Assembly (NCBI GenBank): GCA_026625185.1
Contig: CP113000.1
Span: 2,385,622-2,417,621, forward strand
Length of the DNA: 32,000 nucleotides
Reading direction: 5' to 3'
Source of the DNA: Thermodesulfobacteriota bacterium
GTDB taxonomy: Bacteria > Desulfobacterota > WTBG01 > JAGOGO01
Shown: in pieces, positions 24,596-32,000 of the stretch
Layout: each line of letters starts with the position of its first letter
How positions within the stretch are numbered: position 1 is the stretch's first letter
Notes under the pieces: generated by a model
Database searches by the model: none
What the model saw: only the letters and a program-made list of their open reading frames with translations
What the model was told of the DNA's origin: nothing
Translations under genes and position numbers: made by a program

Positions 24596-25288
24596 TTATG
24601 CCATTAAGCTCTTTCTCCTTAACCGGATAAAAGGAAGCAGGCCCGCACCGATAAGCCATCCGGCTGCAGGGATGGGAACTGGGGTACCGTTCGCTGAAGC
24701 ATTGAAACTAACACTTGAAACTACTCGCTGAGGCATTATGATAGTAGCTACAAGACCCAATGAGTAATTATCCGCATCTACGAAAGACCCTGACCCGGTT
24801 CCGGAAAAAGCCACGGGAGTAAAAGGACCTAAGCCAACAATCAGATTTCCTGTACCACCAGGTTCGACATTTGTTCCATCACCGTATAATTGGATAGTAA
24901 TCTGCCCCGAACTTATAGTTCCCCCTGCAGCTAAATCAAAATTAACAAGAGTACCGTTGGAAACAAAGCCACTATCCCACAAAGCGATTACCAGTGTTCC
25001 TCCAAACGACGTCACATTAATGGAATTCAAATCCAACTGGGGGGCGGTTGCACTTCCTAATATGGGGTTTGATAAGCCAGTGGTAACGTTGACTGCAAAA
25101 CCAGGAACAGCACCATTATAAGAAACCAAACCATCGTTATCAGCATCTACGACGGTTGCATCAATAGTACCTAGCCCGTTAAGCGAACTATCAAGAGTTA
25201 AAACCAGAGCATGTGCAGTTGGTTGGAACCCCAATAATAGCCCAATTGCTATCATTGCCGTAACTGCTAACAGTCTAAAATTTTTCAT
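24596..25288 (-). CDS. secreted protein with a PEP-CTERM-like C-terminal sorting tag (VPIPAA variant)
   Basis: 230-aa ORF. GGAGGTG precedes the ATG. The signal peptide is MKNFRLLAVTAMIAIGLLLGFQPTAHA. The C-terminus VPIPAAGWLIGAGLLPFIRLRRKSLMA has the motif, hydrophobic span and basic cluster of exosortase-type tags, closest to the VPLPA-CTERM style. Confidence 0.8.
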   Translation of the reverse strand: MKNFRLLAVTAMIAIGLLLGFQPTAHALVLTLDSSLNGLGTIDATVVDADNDGLVSYNGAVPGFAVNVTTGLSNPILGSATAPQLDLNSINVTSFGGTLVIALWDSGFVSNGTLVNFDLAAGGTISSGQITIQLYGDGTNVEPGGTGNLIVGLGPFTPVAFSGTGSGSFVDADNYSLGLVATIIMPQRVVSSVSFNASANGTPVPIPAAGWLIGAGLLPFIRLRRKSLMA

Positions 25289-25467
25289 AAAATCACCTCC
25301 TTTGTTTTAAAAGTTATTTCTGCCTCTTTGTTTTTTTAATATTCTCAGCCTCCTTTCCATCGTTTAGCAAAGAGATTGAGGAGATTGAGGTCTGCTTAAA
25401 TTCTCTGACCTTTCCACTCTTTGCCTTTGTAATATGTAATTTTCTTTCCATAAATCTATACCAACAT

Positions 25468-26226
25468 TCATGCAATTGAGCGTTTTCTCCTTAACCTGAT
25501 AAAAGGAATCAGGCCTGAAACGATGAGCCAGGCAGCTGACGGGATAGGAACAGGAACGTTACCCCCAGCCGTTCCAAAAAGGAACGTAGCCATGGTGATA
25601 GGAGGAAGTCCACCTCCCGCCGGCGGGGTGTAAGCGATATAGAAAATGGCGGTCTGATCGATCTTGGGTGGTTTATTGGGCAAGCCATCTAAGGAAAGAT
25701 CGGTTCCTGCCGCAACAATTCCGTAGTCTTCACCATCGACGTTCGAAAAAATCCCAATACCGGCTGTTGAAAGTCCATAGCTGTAGGCTGAGAAATCATT
25801 AGGCTGATAATAATCTGGTGGACCTCCGGGTATAATCCACGCCGTTCCCCCCGGGTTATTTGCCAGCACCCACTGGCCGTTATTCGATACAGCCGGCGCG
25901 ATATCACCGCTGCCCCCCGGTATTAGCACCGCCGTGCCGTCAAAGCCGGCGGAACCTGTCGGCAGGGTGCCGAGGTCCTGTGTCCAAAGTAACCCGGTCA
26001 GTACGTTGCCGTTGTTGGCCGTCGGGAGGGTGCTCGTATTGGTGAGGGTTATCATGAGCGCACTCACATCACCTGAGCCAAAATTGTAAGTAGTCATCTC
26101 AAAGGTAGCTGATGCCGCAAGGGCGTCCCCTGGGTTACCCACACTAACAATAATAGCGCTGTTCGCATGGACGGGCAGCAGCAACAAACACGAGCAAATA
26201 ACTGCTAGGATAATTAATACTTTCAT
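25468..26226 (-). CDS. secreted protein with a PEP-CTERM-like C-terminal sorting tag (VPIPSA variant), paralogous tag
   Basis: The track ORF is 25468-26274. I prefer ATG 26226, which has AGGAGGTG upstream and gives the signal peptide MKVLIILAVICSCLLLLPVHA. The C-terminus is VPVPIPSAAWLIVSGLIPFIRLRRKRSIA. The DNA encoding the two tags is visibly similar. Confidence 0.8.
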   Translation of the reverse strand: MKVLIILAVICSCLLLLPVHANSAIIVSVGNPGDALAASATFEMTTYNFGSGDVSALMITLTNTSTLPTANNGNVLTGLLWTQDLGTLPTGSAGFDGTAVLIPGGSGDIAPAVSNNGQWVLANNPGGTAWIIPGGPPDYYQPNDFSAYSYGLSTAGIGIFSNVDGEDYGIVAAGTDLSLDGLPNKPPKIDQTAIFYIAYTPPAGGGLPPITMATFLFGTAGGNVPVPIPSAAWLIVSGLIPFIRLRRKRSIA

Positions 26227-26261
26227 TTCTTTATCACCTCCTTTTCTACGGGGGAAAAAGT

Positions 26262-26531
26262 TTATTCTTTCCATTTTGCCTCAGCACACAGGGTTTTCAG
26301 GGCTCCGAGGAAGACCCGGTATTTCTCACTCTTGAAAAAAGATTCGCTTTCTTCATCTGTCTCCCACTCATAATTAAGGTGGAAAACGTTTTGGTCCTCG
26401 GAGTCCTGATTAATCATGAATATATTTCTGGCCGTTTTCTCCTTTCTATCGTTTTGCAAACAAGAAAGGGTTTGCAGAAACTCCTCACGCTTTCCGGACT
26501 TTACCTTTATGAAAAGAGATTTATTTTTCAT
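26262..26531 (-). CDS. small ABM-like (dimeric alpha/beta-barrel) protein
   Basis: 89-aa ORF. IKVKSGKREEFLQTLSCL..NVFHLNYEWETDEESESFFKSEKYRVFLGAL follows the ABM/Dabb pattern (v.vkpgkreeF...l ... f.l.e.W.s.eal..h..se.f..f). It lies directly upstream of the PEP-CTERM-like gene on the same strand. Confidence 0.5.
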   Translation of the reverse strand: MKNKSLFIKVKSGKREEFLQTLSCLQNDRKEKTARNIFMINQDSEDQNVFHLNYEWETDEESESFFKSEKYRVFLGALKTLCAEAKWKE

Positions 26532-26545
26532 TGGAAATGAAGTAA

Positions 26546-26561
26546 GGCAAAATCCGTACCG
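26546..26561 (-). promoter_or_regulatory. sigma-54 promoter candidate upstream of the ABM-like / PEP-CTERM-like genes
   Basis: The minus strand reads CGGTACGGATTTTGCC against the consensus TGGCACG-N4-TTGCW. GG, ACG and TTGC are present with correct spacing. Caveat: the -12 GC is only 16 nt from ATG 26531, which implies a ~4-nt leader. Confidence 0.3.
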
Positions 26562-26586
26562 ATAATAATAATTAAGAACAAGATTT

Positions 26587-26599
26587 TAACAATTTGATA
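26587..26599 (-). promoter_or_regulatory. IHF-consensus site between the repeats and the -24/-12 candidate
   Basis: The minus strand reads TATCAAATTGTTA, which fits WATCAANNNNTTR at every position, within an AT-rich tract. Confidence 0.3.
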
Positions 26600-26653
26600 T
26601 TATTATTTTTTTTATCGACGGCAACAGGTCAGGAAATTGGCATGGCGGATTAA

Positions 26654-26687
26654 CCCGTCATATTTGGCTGTTCCCGTCATATTTGGC
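26654..26687. promoter_or_regulatory. two 15-bp direct repeats (candidate activator binding sites)
   Basis: CCCGTCATATTTGGC occurs at 26654-26668 and again, identical, at 26673-26687 (19-bp period). The sites are ~105-140 bp upstream of the -12 candidate. Confidence 0.35.
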
Positions 26688-26882
26688 GGAATTTTAATTG
26701 CGGGTGATGAAAAGCCGTATTACGAATGTAATTCAACCTATCAAAAAATAACCCGATTGGCTCTCTACCCCCTAAGGGTGAGATGATAAGAATGGCAGTA
26801 ATGTCTGTAATATTAAAATGTTGTGGTAAATTCTGGGGAAGAGTTTTTTTAAAAGAATGGACTTGGGAGTTGCCGGAACGCT

Positions 26883-29456
26883 CTAAAGAGGTTCAGGCCT
26901 CCTGATGCCGAGCTTTCTCATTCGGGCCCTCATGGTGCTCGGGTTTATTCCAAGAAATTGAGCAGCTCCCTTCTCCCCCTCGATTTTCCACCCTGTTTCC
27001 TGGAGGGCTCTTATAATGTGTTTCCGCTCCATTTCGGCAAGATTTTTTGTTCCCTCTGGTTCCGCGCCAATGGAAATTTTCTCCTGGACGGGGCCAACCG
27101 CCAAGGGGATGATTTGTCCGGCGAGCTGGAGAGCGGGCCCATCGCTCACGATTACTGCCCTTTCCACCACATTGATCAACTCCCGAACATTTCCCGGCCA
27201 GTCATAATTTTCTAATGCGTTCAAAATAGTTACAGGAATTTTCTTAATGTTTTTATGATAGGTTTGGTTGAATTTCTCAGTATAAAAATTAACCAACAGA
27301 GGGATGTCCTCTTTTCTGTCCCGGAGCGCGGGGATCGTTAAAGGAAATATATTTAGCCGGTAGAAAAGATCCTTTCTGAACGTGTTGTTGGCAACCTCGG
27401 CCTCAAGATCCCGATTGGAAGATGCAATGATTCGAACATCCACGTGAACCGCATGGGGGCTGCCCAGGCGCTCAAACTCACCCGTTTCAATTACTTTGAG
27501 CAACTTTGCCTGCAGCTCGAGCGAAAGTTCGCCGATTTCATCCAGAAAAATAGTGCCCTGATCAGCCAGTTCAAAGCGGCCTATTTGTCTCACTGTCGAA
27601 CCGGTGAAAGCCCCCTTTTCCCTCCCGAACAACTCACTTTCGATCAGGTTCGGGGGTAACCCGGCGCAGTTTACGTTAACGAAGTTTTTATTCCGGCGAT
27701 CACTTTTATCGTGAATGTAACGAGCGAACAAATTTTTTCCGGTGCCGGTCTCTCCGGTCAAGAGCACGGTCGTACTGGTATGCGCAACCTGATCTATTTT
27801 GTACAGAACGTATTTTATCGCATTACTGGACCCGACATGATTGGGGGGGTTATTTTTTAATTGTATTTCTTCGCGGAGATAGATGTTTTCGGCCTCCATT
27901 TTCTCCTTCAAACCCTTGATCTCCTCAAAGGCCTGTTGCAGTTTCTTTTCTGCCTGTTTACCTTTCGTAATATCGTGGATGGTTCCAAAAATACGTAAGG
28001 GTTTACCATTCGCATCCAAAATGACCTCGCCCCGTGTATAAACCACACGCTCGCCGCCGTCCGGACGGACCAACCGGTGTTCCAGGGCGAATTCATGGTT
28101 GGAAGAGGCAAGTAATTTATTTAACTCCTCCTGGACTAACGCCCGGTCGTCGGGAGGGAGGTAAGCAAGGGCCGCTTCGTAGGTTTGGTTGAACTCGTGC
28201 CGCTGCAATCCGAAGATCCGGTAAACCTCATCAGACCATTCGAAAGCGCCTGAGGTGAGGTCCCATTCCCAACTGCCCAGGTGGGCAATGCGTTGCGCAT
28301 CGGCCAATCTTTTTTCACTCCTCACTAACCGTTCATGTGCATGACTTTGAAGAATGGCCTCGACGAAGATTTCGCCGAGAATTCGCAGCCGACGAATGTG
28401 GGCAACAGGCCACTCGTTTATAATGCCCTGGTAGAAAAGCCCAATCATGTGCCTCGCCTGCCCACCACCGATGCGCAATGGAATCATATGGATGGTTTTG
28501 GTCGCTTTCTCAGGGGCGGCTCCGTCCACCATTGGCTGGGGCGAAAAAACTTCGGGCGCTGAAAAATTAAACGGCTCCCCCCCCTCAACGAGCCTTAAAG
28601 AATAGGTCAAGGGGTTTTCGGGGTGGGCAATACTTAGATTTATTAAGTCTTGTTGTGGGGTACCCTGCTGGTCAATGTTAATGCAATGGATTTGTCTGTG
28701 GTCCTTGAAAACCTTGAAGAGGCCGCAATGATCAACTCGGTAAAAACGGCAGATCTTGGTAAGGGCGCGGGCAATCTCTTCGTCAAGCTTTTCGGGAGGA
28801 AGGTTCAGAAAGGCGGCAGAAACGTCCGAGACCATATTATCAAACCAAACACGCTCGTCCAGCATTTCCTTGTTTTTTTTTAATTCAGCGGTTTGTTGGG
28901 CGACCATTCCCCTGAGAAAGTCACGGTGGCGCAGGAGTTCTTTTAAAAAATTCTCGCGCTTTTGGGTAGTGGTAATCATTTGCAAATCCCCTTCGAAAAG
29001 CTCCCGCAGTTCCGCGATCATGGATTCAAGTTGCGTTGCCTTCTTATTATCCCGGCAATCAAAAAAGCAGATGGTGCCGAAGTTGGTTTCGTCGGGCCAA
29101 ATCAGAGGAAATCCCAGATAGTACGTCATGCCCAGGGAAACGGCCGGATTCTGCTCCCACTCAGGATCATTGAGCGCATCGGGGACAAGAAGACGGCTTT
29201 TCTGTTGCAATACTTTTAGGCAATAAAGTCTCTCATGCAAGCTCCATCTGTCTCCCATTCGAAAGGGATTTTCCGGTGTTTTACTTGAAAGAAACACCCT
29301 GAGCCGTGGAGGGTCGAACTTCATGATCGCGGCTGCCCTCACCTCCAGAATTTCTACAAACGCATCAAGAATGCGCTGCCACTTCGCCTGCATCTCTTCC
29401 GGTAAATCAGGCTTTTCCTTGGTCGGCTTGAACACGTCCTTCATCTTAAAAATCAC
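26883..29456 (-). CDS. sigma-54-dependent transcriptional activator (GAF-like regions, PAS, AAA+ sigma-54 interaction domain, Fis-type HTH)
   Basis: 857-aa ORF. It has a PAS region (SWEWDL..HRLVRPDGGERVVYTRGEV), Walker A GETGTGKN, the GAFTGS loop (EKGAFTGS), Walker B FLDEIGE, and a C-terminal HTH AAQFLGINPSTMRARMRKLGI. Confidence 0.9.
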   Translation of the reverse strand: MIFKMKDVFKPTKEKPDLPEEMQAKWQRILDAFVEILEVRAAAIMKFDPPRLRVFLSSKTPENPFRMGDRWSLHERLYCLKVLQQKSRLLVPDALNDPEWEQNPAVSLGMTYYLGFPLIWPDETNFGTICFFDCRDNKKATQLESMIAELRELFEGDLQMITTTQKRENFLKELLRHRDFLRGMVAQQTAELKKNKEMLDERVWFDNMVSDVSAAFLNLPPEKLDEEIARALTKICRFYRVDHCGLFKVFKDHRQIHCINIDQQGTPQQDLINLSIAHPENPLTYSLRLVEGGEPFNFSAPEVFSPQPMVDGAAPEKATKTIHMIPLRIGGGQARHMIGLFYQGIINEWPVAHIRRLRILGEIFVEAILQSHAHERLVRSEKRLADAQRIAHLGSWEWDLTSGAFEWSDEVYRIFGLQRHEFNQTYEAALAYLPPDDRALVQEELNKLLASSNHEFALEHRLVRPDGGERVVYTRGEVILDANGKPLRIFGTIHDITKGKQAEKKLQQAFEEIKGLKEKMEAENIYLREEIQLKNNPPNHVGSSNAIKYVLYKIDQVAHTSTTVLLTGETGTGKNLFARYIHDKSDRRNKNFVNVNCAGLPPNLIESELFGREKGAFTGSTVRQIGRFELADQGTIFLDEIGELSLELQAKLLKVIETGEFERLGSPHAVHVDVRIIASSNRDLEAEVANNTFRKDLFYRLNIFPLTIPALRDRKEDIPLLVNFYTEKFNQTYHKNIKKIPVTILNALENYDWPGNVRELINVVERAVIVSDGPALQLAGQIIPLAVGPVQEKISIGAEPEGTKNLAEMERKHIIRALQETGWKIEGEKGAAQFLGINPSTMRARMRKLGIRRPEPL

Positions 29457-29859
29457 TCTGAATTCTTATCTCACTCTGAAATCTTATCAAGACATGAACC
29501 ATTTTCCCCACCAGTTTAAATAAGGCCGAATCAGTTCAATAGTCTCATTTTATCCTTTATCGGCTATTTATGTTCTCTATGTGGTCAGACTTCAGTGGGT
29601 ATTTTTTTTTAACCTGCCTTGGCGATCCCATGGTAAACCAGGCCTTTCTTTACGGTTAAATCGTACGGCATTTATAGTTCCCAGGTCAATATTTTTTTAT
29701 TTTTTACCCGCAATAAAAGGGAGAAATTAACCCTTAAAATCCCAATTCTAACTCTAAAGAGAAGTCTAATTCCTAACCTTTCTTAAGCAGATAATATTTT
29801 ATCCCTCTTTAAAAAAAATTCTATTTTAAAAATAAATGCGTTTCTTCTTTGCCCGGCAA

Positions 29860-29888
29860 TTGACAATTTGAACATTTCTTTTTAATAT
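29860..29888 (+). promoter_or_regulatory. sigma-70-type promoter candidate for gatCA
   Basis: TTGACA (29860-29865), a 17-nt spacer, then TAATAT (29883-29888), ~70 nt upstream of the gatC ATG. Confidence 0.45.
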
Positions 29889-29959
29889 AAAGCGTTTTAA
29901 AAACAATAATGATAACCCTTAAGTAATTTCAAGTCCTTGGGAGATTCAGGAGCCATTCA

Positions 29960-30247
29960 ATGAAAATTTCCCGCGATCAGGTTGAGCATATCGCTCTTCT
30001 TGCCCGTTTGGAGTTTAGCGAAAAAGAACTCGAAGCTTTCACCCGGCAGATGGACAACATTCTTACCTATTTTGACAAACTTAAGGAAGTTGACACCACC
30101 TTAGTTGAGCCGACGAGTCATGCTATCCGGGTTACAAACGTTTTTCGCGAAGATGAGGTCAAAAAATCGATCGCCTTGGATTTGAGCTTGAAAAACGCTC
30201 CGGAACAGGAAGGCAACTGTTTTCGCGTTCCTAAAATTATTGAATAA
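29960..30247 (+). CDS. gatC: Asp/Glu-tRNA amidotransferase subunit C
   Basis: 95-aa [44 protein letters not shown] is the typical GatC sequence. It is followed immediately by gatA. Confidence 0.92.
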   Translation: MKISRDQVEHIALLARLEFSEKELEAFTRQMDNILTYFDKLKEVDTTLVEPTSHAIRVTNVFREDEVKKSIALDLSLKNAPEQEGNCFRVPKIIE

Positions 30248-30263
30248 ATCGAAAGATAGAGTA

Positions 30264-31721
30264 ATGGATCTCTCTACCCTTACTATTCACGAAGCCCACG
30301 AACGATTGAAAAACCGGGATTTTTCCGCCGGGGAGCTAACCCAGACACTTCTCAAAAGAATAGAAGAAGTCGAACCGAAGGTAAAAGCTTATATTATTGT
30401 AACCTCCGAAAAAGCCCTTAAAGAAGCGGAACAAGCCGACATGATAATTGCCGCCGGGAAAATAGCGCCGCTGACCGGTATCCCCCTGGCGATCAAGGAT
30501 GTCTTGTGCACCGAGGGTATTACGACTACCTGCGGTTCAAAGATCCTCAGCAATTTTGTTCCGGTTTATGACGCCACGGTGGTCCGCAATTTAAAAAGGG
30601 CCGGTGCCATTACCCTGGGAAAAGCGAATATGGATGAGTTTGCCATGGGTTCATCCACGGAAAATTCTTCTTTTGGCCACAGCCATAATCCCTGGGACTT
30701 AAGCGCCATCCCCGGAGGCTCAAGCGGCGGGTCGGCTGCCGCTGTGGCAGCAGATGAGTGTATTGCCTCCTTGGGCACGGACACCGGCGGTTCAATCCGG
30801 CAGCCGGCTTCCTGCTGCGGGGTGGTGGGATTAAAACCCACCTACGGAAGAGTTTCCCGGTTTGGTCTGATCGCTTTCGGCTCCTCACTTGATCAGGTCG
30901 GGCCTTTGACTAAAGATGTCCGGGATGCCGCGCTTCTCATGAATGTACTGGCCGGATATGACCCGCAGGATTCAACCTCAGTGAATAAAGAGGTTCCTGA
31001 CTACACCACCTTTTTGAAACCGGACCTTAAAGAAATAACCATCGGGGTCGCCAGGGAATACTTTATCGAAGGCATTGATCCTGAGGTTGAAAAGGCGGTT
31101 AGGGAAGCATTAAATGTTTTACAGAGCCTGGGGGCAAAGACGGTTGATATTGCTCTTCCCCATACTGAATACGCCCTGCCGGTTTACTATCTCATTGCCC
31201 CAGCAGAGGCAAGCTCCAACCTCGCTCGCTATGACGGGGTGAAGTATGGCTTTCGCACCGAAAAAGATGAAAATTTAACCGCCATGTATAAAAAAACCCG
31301 GTCCGAAGGATTCGGAGCGGAGGTAAAAAGAAGGATCATGCTCGGAACCTACGCGCTTTCCGCCGGGTACTATGACGCCTATTACGGCAAAGCGTCTCAG
31401 GTGCGAACCCTGATCCGACGCGACTTTGAAGAGGCATTTAAAAAATGCGATGTGATTGTTACGCCAACGACCCCTACTCCCGCGTTTAAGATTGGTGAAA
31501 AAGTGGATGACCCGCTGCAGATGTATCTTTCGGACATCTTCACCATACCGGCCAACTTAGCCGGAAATCCGGGCATTTCGGTTCCCTGCGGTTTGACCGG
31601 CAACGGACTTCCCATCGGTTTGCAGGTTATTTCCGGCCCTTTTGAAGAAGGCAAAGTCTTGCAGACCGCTTTCGCGTATGAACAAAACACGGAATGGCAC
31701 GTTAAAAAGCCGAAGTTCTAA
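30264..31721 (+). CDS. gatA: Asp/Glu-tRNA amidotransferase subunit A
   Basis: The amidase signature [13 protein letters not shown] and [12 protein letters not shown] are present. I prefer ATG 30264 ([15 protein letters not shown]). The track start at 30240 is a TTG that overlaps the gatC stop. Confidence 0.93.
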   Translation: MDLSTLTIHEAHERLKNRDFSAGELTQTLLKRIEEVEPKVKAYIIVTSEKALKEAEQADMIIAAGKIAPLTGIPLAIKDVLCTEGITTTCGSKILSNFVPVYDATVVRNLKRAGAITLGKANMDEFAMGSSTENSSFGHSHNPWDLSAIPGGSSGGSAAAVAADECIASLGTDTGGSIRQPASCCGVVGLKPTYGRVSRFGLIAFGSSLDQVGPLTKDVRDAALLMNVLAGYDPQDSTSVNKEVPDYTTFLKPDLKEITIGVAREYFIEGIDPEVEKAVREALNVLQSLGAKTVDIALPHTEYALPVYYLIAPAEASSNLARYDGVKYGFRTEKDENLTAMYKKTRSEGFGAEVKRRIMLGTYALSAGYYDAYYGKASQVRTLIRRDFEEAFKKCDVIVTPTTPTPAFKIGEKVDDPLQMYLSDIFTIPANLAGNPGISVPCGLTGNGLPIGLQVISGPFEEGKVLQTAFAYEQNTEWHVKKPKF

Positions 31722-31761
31722 AGGATCGAGGAACGAGGAGCGAGTAATATAAATCGTAAAG

Positions 31762-31792
<31 letters not shown>

Positions 31793-31851
31793 GGGAAAAA
31801 TATTAACTAACGCTAACACCGACAACGGACAACCGACAAAATAAGAAAACC

Positions 31852-32000
31852 ATGATTAATCGTGAGAAATCGTTAACCCTCCTAAAAGGACACATTCAGG
31901 CGGAAAACCTGATCAAGCATTGCCTGGCCACCGAAGCGATTATGCGCAAGGTTGCTCAGCGTTTGGGTAAAGAGGTAGAACTCTGTGGATTAACCGGATT
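31852..32000 (+). CDS. HD/HDIG-domain phosphohydrolase, N-terminal 49 codons (continues past the right edge)
   Basis: MINREKSLTLLKGHIQAENLIKHCLATEAIMRKVAQRLGKEVELCGLTGL resembles the N-termini of small HD-domain proteins. The HD dyad itself would lie just beyond the window. Confidence 0.65.
   Translation, partial: MINREKSLTLLKGHIQAENLIKHCLATEAIMRKVAQRLGKEVELCGLTG

Overview
This is a bacterial chromosomal window, AT-leaning, that reads as three blocks.

**(1) 1-10.7 kb, housekeeping.**
- A minus-strand aromatic amino-acid/translation cluster, pheA | hisC-tyrA-aroA-cmk-rpsA'. rpsA runs off the left edge.
- A large HAMP/GAF sensor histidine kinase.
- Convergent purine-nucleoside and methylthioadenosine phosphorylase genes.

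**(2) 10.8 to ~29.5 kb, accessory.**
- tRNA-Val(CAC) at 10769-10840 is followed by a ~7.3 kb island. The island is bounded by a 55-nt direct repeat of the tRNA 3' half (10799-10853 and 18077-18131).
- The island holds:
  - a decayed tyrosine integrase with two in-frame TGA stops and a missing N-terminus;
  - an IS30-family element that has cut a DUF4062 gene;
  - an adjacent gene for a TIR-like (CAP12/PCTIR-type) protein;
  - a ~1.6 kb ORF-free stretch with paralogous, terminator-ended sRNA-like units that share a CTCTCCTCCA motif;
  - a secreted Gly/Tyr/His-rich low-complexity protein;
  - a degenerate-GGDEF protein behind a near-consensus sigma-54 promoter.
- Beyond the right repeat lie:
  - relics of a second related integrase, split by a TPR/OB-fold gene and a MITE-like repeat (a second copy of that repeat sits inside the aromatic operon);
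  - a CHASE4 hybrid-kinase operon;
  - a frameshifted DUF4160/DUF2442 pair;
  - two PEP-CTERM-like (VPxP variant) secreted paralogs and an ABM-like protein, downstream of a GAF-PAS sigma-54 activator. The region between them has a UAS / IHF / -24/-12-like layout.

**(3) 29.9-32 kb, housekeeping again.** gatC-gatA and the start of an HD-domain gene.

I saw no rRNA and no CRISPR array. All homology calls come from motif recognition by eye; none was checked by a database search.
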